A stretch of 64,000 nucleotides of DNA. Origin: Nitrosopumilus sp. (GTDB taxonomy: Archaea; Thermoproteota; Nitrososphaeria; Nitrososphaerales; Nitrosopumilaceae). The position numbers and the translations under genes are program-made. The DNA lies in NCBI GenBank assembly GCA_965238275.1, contig OZ250186.1, positions 320,001 through 384,000 on the forward strand. The letters are read 5' to 3'. Each line of letters opens with the position of its first letter. The first letter of the stretch is position 1. Positions 51,256 to 59,693 of this stretch are shown here, piece after piece. The notes beneath the pieces were generated by a model that saw only the letters and a list, made by a program, of their open reading frames with translations, searched no databases and was not told the DNA's origin.

Positions 51256-51599
51256 ATCACCAGAATCCACAGTGATTGCAGTCTAGAGGGCTTCGCACCC
51301 ACGGCGGATGCAGATCTACACACATTTCACGAAATAACGACAGATGGCCATCGGGGGCTTACAATACCCCCTTTTTTTTCATGCATGTTGTTTGAAGGTT
51401 ATTTTCTGCGTTAGTCTAAGGAATGATTATGTAACCTCCCCCATGTTTCCGTGCTCAGACCAATGCAGCACGCCAGTATTCTGCATGTTCCAAGGGAACC
51501 TGTTAGATGAACTTAATACACTGCGGAAAACACACGACGTAGTATGTCGGGCAACGCAGCGGTTATCGACAACGAGAAGGTAGTATTTCTAGACCAACT

Positions 51600-51700
51600 C
51601 AAGGAGATTCAGTCTATAATGATGACTTTTTTTAGGTTCCACCGTGTCTGCAAAACATCTCGCGTCAGTCCAGCGACAACCTGTCATAGGTCTAGATAGC
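51600..51700. repeat. att-arm repeat copy
   Basis: 31 nt identical to 34607-34637, then ttaggttccaccgtgtctgcaaaacatctc. Confidence 0.8.
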
Positions 51701-51824
51701 CAACCATGCGACTAGCTGCATGGTAATTTCAGCCGATCAATTGCTTTTTATGTCATTTTGTGGTACATGGTGCATGTTAGAAGGCAGCACGAATCTAACG
51801 GTTGATGCAAAAGCACATGTCAAC

Positions 51825-52160
51825 ATGAAGCGTAACTATCCGGATGAATCCGACGAACATGTGATAGCCAGACTTCTGAGCAACGTTCCCGGCGGGCAGG
51901 CCGTAACCAGGAAACGACTTGACGAGATCAGTGAAGGAACTGCGGAGGCGGGGTTGCACATACTGTGCAACGAGCTTGCAAAGATACGAAAATATCCGGA
52001 CGAGTCATACGGGTCTATCGTGGACAGGATAATACGTCTTGACAAGGAAGAGGACGTTATGACAAGCGAGGATTTGAGGGACATTGAGGAAAGCCTTGCA
52101 GATGCAAGGAACACGCACCCTGCCAGAACAATACACGAGGCACCGACTTCTAGCAGATAG
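51825..52160 (+). CDS. Putative archaeal antitoxin (internally duplicated YPDES motif); start uncertain
   Basis: YPDESDEHVIARLL / YPDESYGSIVDRII and EDLRDIEESLAD; located upstream of RelE. Confidence 0.55.
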   Translation: MKRNYPDESDEHVIARLLSNVPGGQAVTRKRLDEISEGTAEAGLHILCNELAKIRKYPDESYGSIVDRIIRLDKEEDVMTSEDLRDIEESLADARNTHPARTIHEAPTSSR

Positions 52161-52224
52161 CTTGAAAACCTAACGGTTCTGTAGGCATAATCGATTATTA
52201 ATTAAGAGGCATTCATACAGTGGT

Positions 52225-52479
52225 ATGGCTTGGAAACTCGCATGGTTGCCGAGGGCCGAAAGGGAGTTGGAGAAACTGGATCCCGAAATTCAACGGCGCA
52301 TCCGCGACAAGATCGGCGATTGCATTGACAATCCGCATCATTACGCGACACGCCTTACCAATCTTCCGTATTACCGGGTGCGTGTGGGAAAATATCGCAT
52401 AATCTTAGACCTGGACGAGAATATCCGGACAGTCGTGGTCATGAAAATAGATCACAGGGGCAGGGTTTATGACAGATGA
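52225..52479 (+). CDS. RelE/StbE-family toxin
   Basis: AERELEKLD...YRVRVGKYRII...IDHRGRVY. Confidence 0.92.
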   Translation: MAWKLAWLPRAERELEKLDPEIQRRIRDKIGDCIDNPHHYATRLTNLPYYRVRVGKYRIILDLDENIRTVVVMKIDHRGRVYDR

Positions 52480-52494
52480 TGCGTGGGGCAATCA

Positions 52495-52538
52495 GGCGCG
52501 TCCTTTGACCTTTCAATTTTGCCTTTTGCCAACTTCAC
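52495..52538 (-). pseudogene. 5' stub of integrase next to the tRNA
   Basis: GTG-start VKLAKGKIERSKDA, homologous to the starts at 7175 and 10139. Confidence 0.6.
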
Positions 52539-52581
52539 GCCTACTGATACGCGTGGAACCCAGAAAAGTCATGTAAATATG

Positions 52582-52655
52582 TGGACCGGAAGGGATTTGA
52601 ACCCTTGATCCGATGCATGCCATGCACCTATCCTACCAGACTAGACGACCGGCCC
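52582..52655 (-). tRNA. tRNA-Ala(GGC)
   Basis: Cloverleaf GGGCCGG/CCGGTCC with G3:U70, anticodon stem GGTGC/GCATC around GGC, T-arm AAGGG-TTCAAAT-CCCTT. Confidence 0.95.
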
Positions 52656-52718
52656 AAGAATCAGAATTCTGATCGAGTTATGGTTTCAGGAATGGTTATT
52701 AACGTTTAGCGGTTGGCA

Positions 52719-54072
52719 AACTCTGTTTCCTAATTATCGCCAGTCACACCCAACAGGTTCAGAATTAGGCCAGATCAGTTGAATTTGAACATAATATCAA
52801 ACATCTTCAATAGAAAACCGTATTGATCAGAGAGGTGTGCAGACAGTCAGGTTATCGCCATGACTGAAAACACATCCTCTCCAGACAAAACGGGCACGCA
52901 TGAGGCTAAAAAATCTTTCAAATCCAAAGAACGCCGGTTCCAGTACGATGACCGCAGGTACATAGACCGCGGCCAGTTGTGGACGCTCCAGATAAGCCCG
53001 GAGATCCTGACTCAGGGAGTCGAGAAGCTAAACTGCGGGAAGGTAGGCCGCCCGTACGTATTTTCAAACGCGTGCTTTGCAGCAGCATCCCTGTTCAAAA
53101 ACGCCACCGGCATAAGGTACAGGCAGCTCCAGGGTCTGGCAGAGACGATAGTCGGCAAGGAAAACGCGCCCACGTACTCGGCGTTCCAGAAGAGGATGGC
53201 CAAGCTTGGCTGCACTGTTGCAGACAATGATGATGGTAGCGGCACGGCTTCTGCGTGGTTCTCAGACGGCGGCACCCGGGCCGAGATCAAGCTGTTTGCC
53301 TTCGACTCCACTGGACTCAAGCCCACAAGCCGCGGCGACTGGATGACAGAAAAGTGGGGGACCAGGCGGGGCTTCATAAAGCTGCACGTCGGGGTGGATG
53401 CCAAAACCAAAAAGATCTACGCCGTGGCCATAACCGACGACAAGTGCGGGGACTCTCCGCAGTTTGAGGAACTGGTGGGGCAGGCCCTTGCAAATGCAAA
53501 AAAATCACCAAACTCAGACACTTCTGCAGGCACCAAGGCGGCAGCCGACGGCGCGTACGACGCCCAGAAGATCCGCAGGTACTGCGACGAGCAGGGAATC
53601 GAGCCGCTGATTCCCGTCCGCATCGACTTTGCCGGAAAGGCGAACGGGTGCATGCCCCGCAAGGAGGCAGGATTCAGGCAGCTGGGGGACCTGGACTGCA
53701 TGGACAAGACGGCAGAACGCAAGTTTGCAGGCCTCACGCGCGAACAAAAGAGGGAATTCCAGAAGGCGTGGCGCAGGGAGTCAGGGTACAACGACCGGTG
53801 GTCAGTCGAGATTGTATTTTCCACGTTCAAGCGGGTGTTGGGCGAGTGCATAAGCGCGCGCAAGTGGGAGAACGTCAAGGCCGAGATATACGGAAAGGTG
53901 CAGCTGTACAACCAGATGATCGATACTGCAATCGACAACGGGTACGGCACGCCAAGGATCGTGCAAGCCTACAAGCCCGGCCCAAGGACTGCAAGGGAAG
54001 GGGGCAAGACGACGACGTAGGCAGAATTGCACAGACGAGTATCTGTGTCGAGCGTAATTAGGAAACAGAGTT
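52719..54072 (+). mobile_element. IS5-family (IS903-like) element, copy 2; transposase 52860-54020
   Basis: Same 1354-bp length and TIR as 8026-9379; 8-bp TSD ggttggca; protein differs at 2 positions seen. Confidence 0.93.
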
Positions 54073-54252
54073 GGTTGGCAGGTTCTCCAAACACCTGCCG
54101 TGTATGCCGGATGGCGTCCCCATCCATGCTCATCCAGGAACAAGATGTCTCCAGGATGATGCTGCAGGCAGACGATCCTGGTGTTGCCTGCGTTTGCATG
54201 AGAATCTGCAGGGACATAATATATTTAACCATGGGAAGAAAGTTGATCAGTT

Positions 54253-55098
54253 GTGGTTATAGATAACAAGGGAACTGTTACGTACGTTCATCTGCTGAAG
54301 GAGGATCTTGTAATTATCAGGATGGTGCCAAACGACGGTTCGGTGCCAGACTACAAGCCGGGCCAGTTCATCACTCTGGGACTGCCAAATCCCGTGGAAG
54401 GCGGAAAGATTGTCAGGCGGGCATACTCCATTGCGTCGCATCCGGAGAACAGGGACTACATCGAACTTATAATCAGGTGGGTAAGAAAGCCGCTCCCGGG
54501 AAGGCTGACCACCCAGATATTCAACATAAAGGAGGGCGACGAGATCCTCTGGCTCAAGCCCACAGGCAGGGCGCTGTTAATCAACGACGAGCTTCCAAAC
54601 GGGGAGAAGGACAACAGAAGGATAATATGCATCGGGGGAGGCACCGGGCTTGCACCGTTTGTCAGTTTTGCACAGCACCTTCACGATATCCAGGACAAGA
54701 GGGAGATCCTAGTCCTTCACGGCGCAAGCTATCTTGACGAGCTGGCCTACAAGGACGTCCTGACGCGTCTTGAATACGACAGCATCAAAAGGGGCAAGGA
54801 CGGGTGGAACTTTAAGTACAGGGCCGCAATCAGCAGGCCGCAGGAGTGGTTCAACAGATCATGGACAGGCCAGACAGGCAGGGTCGAGACGTTTTTGAGG
54901 CCCAAGGAGGGCGGAATGTCCCCGCTTGAGGAGATGCTCGGCGAGAAGGTGACAAAGGAGAACACGATATTTTACGTCTGCGGCTGGCAGGGAACCATCG
55001 ACGGGGTGATGGACTTTCTAAAGCCAAGGGGCTTTGTAACAGAGCACGATAAGCGCGAGGATAAAAGCTTTGAAGTCAAGTACGAGTCGTATGGGTAG
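54253..55098 (+). CDS. Ferredoxin-NADP+ reductase family oxidoreductase
   Basis: PGQF, RRAYSIAS, GGGTGLAPF, YVCG, YESY. Confidence 0.92.
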   Translation: MVIDNKGTVTYVHLLKEDLVIIRMVPNDGSVPDYKPGQFITLGLPNPVEGGKIVRRAYSIASHPENRDYIELIIRWVRKPLPGRLTTQIFNIKEGDEILWLKPTGRALLINDELPNGEKDNRRIICIGGGTGLAPFVSFAQHLHDIQDKREILVLHGASYLDELAYKDVLTRLEYDSIKRGKDGWNFKYRAAISRPQEWFNRSWTGQTGRVETFLRPKEGGMSPLEEMLGEKVTKENTIFYVCGWQGTIDGVMDFLKPRGFVTEHDKREDKSFEVKYESYG

Positions 55099-55163
55099 TG
55101 GTAGTAGTAGTAGTCCCATGGACAGACATCAACACTCCATAATAATACCCATCTAGCCGGTGC

Positions 55164-55769
55164 ATGTTGACTACCGCTCTATACCTTGCACACCTGAATC
55201 CGGTAACCAACGCCCATGTCAGGATAATCTCGGAACTGCAGGCAGACGCAGACGCAGTCAAGGTCATGCCGGTGGTGTTCAGGGACGGGGACAGGGAGAT
55301 CAACACCAGGAGCTTTCCGTTCAGCTTTGAGACAAGAAGCAGGATGCTGCAGTCCGTCTTTGGGGATTCCATAGAGATTACCGACGACTATGCCTTCCAC
55401 GCACCGTTCAAAAGATACATGCCGCCGCTGTTCTCCCCGAAATCGTGGCAGCTGAGAAGGCAGATTCTCAACGGGGTCAGCGGGGAGTTCTTTTCATACA
55501 CGGGAGACAAGGCCGAGGGATACATGCTCAGGATGTACAGGCTGAGGCCCAGGACCGGCCAGAGAAAGCCGCTCTCTGCAACATCAGTCAAGGAGGGACT
55601 GTACGAGGCGGCCCTTGGAAGGGAGTCCGGGTGGAGGGGTGACGTCCCGGAGAGCATCACAAAGGTGATCGAGGAGGACTGGGAGACTGTGGAGATGTTT
55701 GCAGGCATGCCTGATGCCACCACCAGGGTCGCGGGAATGAAGTTTCCCAAGGACGGATGGTCAAGGTAG
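55164..55769 (+). CDS. Cytidylyltransferase-like (HIGH-superfamily) protein
   Basis: HLNPVTNAH (HxGH-like), PFSFETR, LSATSVK. Confidence 0.7.
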   Translation: MLTTALYLAHLNPVTNAHVRIISELQADADAVKVMPVVFRDGDREINTRSFPFSFETRSRMLQSVFGDSIEITDDYAFHAPFKRYMPPLFSPKSWQLRRQILNGVSGEFFSYTGDKAEGYMLRMYRLRPRTGQRKPLSATSVKEGLYEAALGRESGWRGDVPESITKVIEEDWETVEMFAGMPDATTRVAGMKFPKDGWSR

Positions 55770-55879
55770 ACGCATGCCATTCCAGCCCGGCGGCACAGCA
55801 GCGGATCCGGCCAGGCATGGTTTGCAGGGGATCCGCAAAATGATTAGAGATTAATATACGCGCCGGGTGCAATTGCCCC

Positions 55880-56800
55880 ATGGCAGTGCCGTTTTCAAGA
55901 TATACATGGCTGGACCAGAGGTACGTCCTGACAAAGAATGCCGGCATTCCCATAACCACGCATGCCATCCACTACGGAACCTCCGTCTTTGAGGGGGTAA
56001 GGGCGTACTGGAACGATGCAAACCTCAACGTGTTCCGGCTTGATGCCCACATAGCCAGGTTCAGGAGATCCGGCCAATTCTACAACATGCCCCTGAGGTT
56101 CTCGGATGCAGAGATTGCAGGGGCCATCACCGAAACCTGCAAAAAGAACAAGATCAGGGAGTCGTGCTACATCAGGCCGTTTTACTTTGTAGGGGAGTAT
56201 GGAATCAACCTTCACATAACTGACAGGACCCCCACAAGCATGGGAATAATCACGTTTCCGTTCGGGGAGATGTTTGACGGGGGCGGGATCTCGGCTGCGG
56301 TGGTCTCGTGGAGAAAGTTCTCAGGCATGTCAACGCCTACACAGTCAAAGATCAGCGGAAACTATCTCAACTCAGTCATTGCAACCAACGAGGCAAGGGA
56401 GCGCGGGGCAGACGAGGCAATCCTGCTTGACCGCCACGGAAACGTAAGCGAGGCTGCAGGGGAGAACATCTTCATTGTAAGGGAAGGAGGCCAGCTTGTC
56501 ACGCCGTCGCAGGCATCAGGCCCGCTTGAGGGGATCACCATGGATACTGTAATCAGGATCGCAGGGGACATGGGAGTCGATGTCATCCAGAGGGGGATTA
56601 CGCGGGACGAGCTGTCAATGGCAGAGGAGATCTTTCTTACAGGAACCGCAGCAGAGATAACCCCGGTCACGTCAGTCGACTCCGTGACGATAGGACGCGG
56701 CACGCCGGGGGACATGACATGCAAGATCAAGGGCAGGTACGCAGACATCGTAATGGGCAGGAATCCGGACTACTCCCACTGGCTGACCGGGGTATACTAG
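55880..56800 (+). CDS. ilvE: Branched-chain amino acid aminotransferase
   Basis: HYGTSVFEG, YIRP, KISGNY, EAAGENIF, LEGIT, GTAAEI. Confidence 0.92.
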   Translation: MAVPFSRYTWLDQRYVLTKNAGIPITTHAIHYGTSVFEGVRAYWNDANLNVFRLDAHIARFRRSGQFYNMPLRFSDAEIAGAITETCKKNKIRESCYIRPFYFVGEYGINLHITDRTPTSMGIITFPFGEMFDGGGISAAVVSWRKFSGMSTPTQSKISGNYLNSVIATNEARERGADEAILLDRHGNVSEAAGENIFIVREGGQLVTPSQASGPLEGITMDTVIRIAGDMGVDVIQRGITRDELSMAEEIFLTGTAAEITPVTSVDSVTIGRGTPGDMTCKIKGRYADIVMGRNPDYSHWLTGVY

Positions 56801-57739
56801 ATGAGGGTAGTACAGATAGGAGTCGGCGGATGGGGCAGGAACCACGCCAGGATCCTCTCGCAGCTGGGCGTGCTTGGCGCAGTGTGCGATGCCGACCCCG
56901 CACGCAGCAAAGAGTACGGGGAGAGGTACTCTGTAAACCACTACCAGTCAGTCGACGAGATGCTGGCAGCAGAAGAGGAGTTTGACGGGGCCCTTGTAGT
57001 CACGCCCACCAGAACACACGCAGAGGTTGCGCAGAGGCTGCTGGAGGCAAAAAAACACGTCTTTGTGGAAAAACCCCTCACGCATACGGCAGAGGACGGG
57101 GAGAGGCTTGCATTGCTTGCAGAGAGAAACAGGGTAATCCTGACATGCGGCTACATCGAGAGGTTCAACCCCGCAGTGCGCAGGGTAAAGGAGATTGTAA
57201 CGGACAGGACATACGGGGATCTCATCATGCTGGAGTTTCACCGCGGGAACAGGATTCCCATCCACATCAAGGATGTGGGCATCGTCCACGACACTGCAAC
57301 GCATGACATCGATACTGCAAACTGGCTGTTTGGCAGGATGCCGCACGTGGTCTTTGCAAGGGCGGGCAGCATAAGGCACGAGCACGAGGACTTTTCAAGC
57401 ATAATGCTGGGGTACGAAGACCAGAAGATTGCCATGATATCCTCAAACTGGATCACCCCAAAGAAGCGCAGGAGGTTTGATGCGGTGTGTACCGACGCGG
57501 TGATATCCTCTGACTTTATAACGCAAAAGATAACAGTGGAGGAGCAGGACAGCACCGTCACGATAGACAACGTAAAGCAGGAGCCGCTCCTGCTAGAGAT
57601 TCAGAGCTTTCTTGGCGCAATGGAGGGCAGGAACAAGCATCCCGTAACGGCTTCAGAGGCAGTAAACGTCACTAGGATCGCCGAAGCTGCACTTTTATCT
57701 AGCCAGAAGGGGATCCCAATCTATCTGGATTTGAGATGA
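56801..57739 (+). CDS. Gfo/Idh/MocA oxidoreductase
   Basis: IGVGGWG, VFVEKP, ERFNP, HDID. Confidence 0.92.
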   Translation: MRVVQIGVGGWGRNHARILSQLGVLGAVCDADPARSKEYGERYSVNHYQSVDEMLAAEEEFDGALVVTPTRTHAEVAQRLLEAKKHVFVEKPLTHTAEDGERLALLAERNRVILTCGYIERFNPAVRRVKEIVTDRTYGDLIMLEFHRGNRIPIHIKDVGIVHDTATHDIDTANWLFGRMPHVVFARAGSIRHEHEDFSSIMLGYEDQKIAMISSNWITPKKRRRFDAVCTDAVISSDFITQKITVEEQDSTVTIDNVKQEPLLLEIQSFLGAMEGRNKHPVTASEAVNVTRIAEAALLSSQKGIPIYLDLR

Positions 57740-58008
57740 ACAGGACAATGATGGACATTCTGGCGTGCCCAAACGACAAGAGCTATCCGCTGGAACTGTT
57801 CGTGGTTAACGAGAAGGAGGACGGCAGGGTCTCGGAGGGGGCCCTGTACTGTCAGGAGTGCTCCAGGTTCTACCCCATAATAGGCGAGATTCCCATCATG
57901 CTCCCAGACGAACTGAGAAACAGGGAGCAGGAGATGGGTTTCCTGCAGGAGCACAAGGATGACCTGCCTGAAAAGATTATTAGCTCGGCAGGCCCATGGC
58001 ATCTTTAG
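57736..58008 (+). CDS. Trm112-family protein
   Basis: ILACPNDK...LYCQECSRFYPIIGEIPIMLP. Confidence 0.9.
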   Translation: MNRTMMDILACPNDKSYPLELFVVNEKEDGRVSEGALYCQECSRFYPIIGEIPIMLPDELRNREQEMGFLQEHKDDLPEKIISSAGPWHL

Positions 58009-58009
58009 A

Positions 58010-58489
58010 TTGGTTGTAAACTTTGTATCCGAGTCGGCAAAGATTGGCAGGAACGTCAAGATATGGCACTTTGCGTACGTTGGCGATGACGTGGAGATCG
58101 GCGACAACGTCAAGATAGGATCGCTTGTCCACCTGGACTATGGCGCAAAGGTCGGGGAGGGCACAAAGATAGAGGGAAACGCGCACATCTCGTATCTCAC
58201 CAGAATAGGAAGGAACGTCTTCATAGGGCCCTCTGTCACCACCACCAACGATCCCTACCCGATGTCTGACAGGCTCGCAGGTATCACGATAAGGGACAAT
58301 GCCGTGATTGGCGCAAATGCGACCCTCATGGCCGGAATAACCATAGGCCAGGACAGCGTCGTTGCGATGGGCTCCGTGGTGACAAGGGACGTCCCGGACG
58401 GCGTGGTCGTCATGGGGGTGCCGGCGACGATACGGTACACCAGGGCAGAGTACGAAAAGAAGAGAAAGGCGTGGATGGAAGAAGGCTAG
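58010..58489 (+). CDS. Hexapeptide-repeat N-acetyltransferase (WbpD-like)
   Basis: IGxNVxI repeats, VFIGPSV, TTTNDPYP, VTRDVP, GVPA. Confidence 0.9.
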   Translation: MVVNFVSESAKIGRNVKIWHFAYVGDDVEIGDNVKIGSLVHLDYGAKVGEGTKIEGNAHISYLTRIGRNVFIGPSVTTTNDPYPMSDRLAGITIRDNAVIGANATLMAGITIGQDSVVAMGSVVTRDVPDGVVVMGVPATIRYTRAEYEKKRKAWMEEG

Positions 58490-58704
58490 TACCGTATTCG
58501 TCTCCCAAACACCCAGTTCTTCATCTTGGAGAGGACCAGCACCCACAGCACCACCATGCCTATTGCCACTGCACCCTTTAGCGCAGACGTTAGCAGCGGG
58601 TCGACGCCCTCAAGGTGCAGCGGCCCCAACACAAGCACCGCTATTCCCCCGCCTGCAATAATCAGCAGCCACATGATGACCAACATGGCGTATATGGACT
58701 TCAC
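58486..58704 (-). CDS. Small 2-TM membrane protein
   Basis: Two hydrophobic helices; overlaps the upstream gene stop. Confidence 0.75.
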   Translation of the reverse strand: MKSIYAMLVIMWLLIIAGGGIAVLVLGPLHLEGVDPLLTSALKGAVAIGMVVLWVLVLSKMKNWVFGRRIRY

Positions 58705-59693
58705 TGGAATACACCTGCCAGAACGGCTGTGGCCACTGCAAGGCCCCCCGAGAAGGCGGCAAGCCTGAAGATTGCCATGGCCGCCTGCCTCTCAGAGAGC
58801 GGCCCCCATGTCAGGATCAGCCTTACCAGGCTCTTTGGGGCAATCTTGTCGCCAGTATCCCGGAACAAAAGATCGTCGGTAACCTCCACCGGGTTTCCCG
58901 GGACCTGCCGGTGCTCGACTATCCGCTTTGTGCTGGACAGGAAGAGGAAAGAGTTGAATATGGCAGGGAGCAGCGCGACTGCGGCTATCACCTCGACATC
59001 CCCCACTATTGCAATGGCGCCGTACATGGCGCCGAATGCCAGCGCCCCCGAATCCCCAGGGAATATGCTGCTTGGTATCTTGTGGTACCTGTAGTATGCC
59101 AGCGCCACAAATCCCAGCGGCAGGCTGACCAGTGCCATCTCAAAGTTCTGCAGTATGAAGAGGCAGAGCGAAAGCGAGAATCCGGCAATCACCATGAACC
59201 CGCTTGCGACTCCGTTCATGACATCAATGGAGTTTATCGTGTTTCCGGTTACGGCGATCATGATTGGTATTATTGCCAAGTACAGTATCGGGATCTGCAC
59301 CTCCCCGAACGGGGGGAATGCAAGGTTCGTGTCATACGTGCCGAGCAGAATTATCGGGGCAGCAGAAACCGCAAGCAGTACCGGCTTGAACCACCCGCCC
59401 ATTGTCCTCCGGTCATCCACGTACCCGACGGCAAATGCGGCTCCCGTGGTGGCCATCACTGCAAGGATCGCGTCAAGCTGCAAAAACGCATAAAGGACTC
59501 CCTCAGACGCGATCATCCCGGCGACGATCGATATTCCCCCCGGCCTTGCGACCATCTTCTTGCCCTTCTTGGCCACGTCAGGCACCACCATGCCCCTGCC
59601 CTCCAGGTACCGGGTCAGCGGGGGCGTCATGGCATACACTGCAAGGAATGCCACGATGCATGATGCCAGCGCCGGAATTACTAGATCTGCCAA
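58701..59693 (-). CDS. MraY/AglH-family GlcNAc-1-phosphate transferase
   Basis: GYVDD, NTINSIDVMNG, IFPGDSG; multiple TM helices. Confidence 0.9.
   Translation of the reverse strand: MADLVIPALASCIVAFLAVYAMTPPLTRYLEGRGMVVPDVAKKGKKMVARPGGISIVAGMIASEGVLYAFLQLDAILAVMATTGAAFAVGYVDDRRTMGGWFKPVLLAVSAAPIILLGTYDTNLAFPPFGEVQIPILYLAIIPIMIAVTGNTINSIDVMNGVASGFMVIAGFSLSLCLFILQNFEMALVSLPLGFVALAYYRYHKIPSSIFPGDSGALAFGAMYGAIAIVGDVEVIAAVALLPAIFNSFLFLSSTKRIVEHRQVPGNPVEVTDDLLFRDTGDKIAPKSLVRLILTWGPLSERQAAMAIFRLAAFSGGLAVATAVLAGVFQ

Larger units (their letters stand above)
970..52581. mobile_element. Composite integrative defence island at the 3' end of tRNA-Ala(GGC)
   Basis: Housekeeping genes on both sides; tRNA 3'-end repeats at 7217 and 10183; integrase remnants; defence, TA and IS cargo. 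Left boundary inferred from a degenerate core+arm at 970-1007. Confidence 0.75.

Noticed and set aside
50962-51583. ORFs of 150 and 79 aa between IS630 and the att-arm repeats
   Set aside because: They overlap att remnants, have atypical composition and show no motifs
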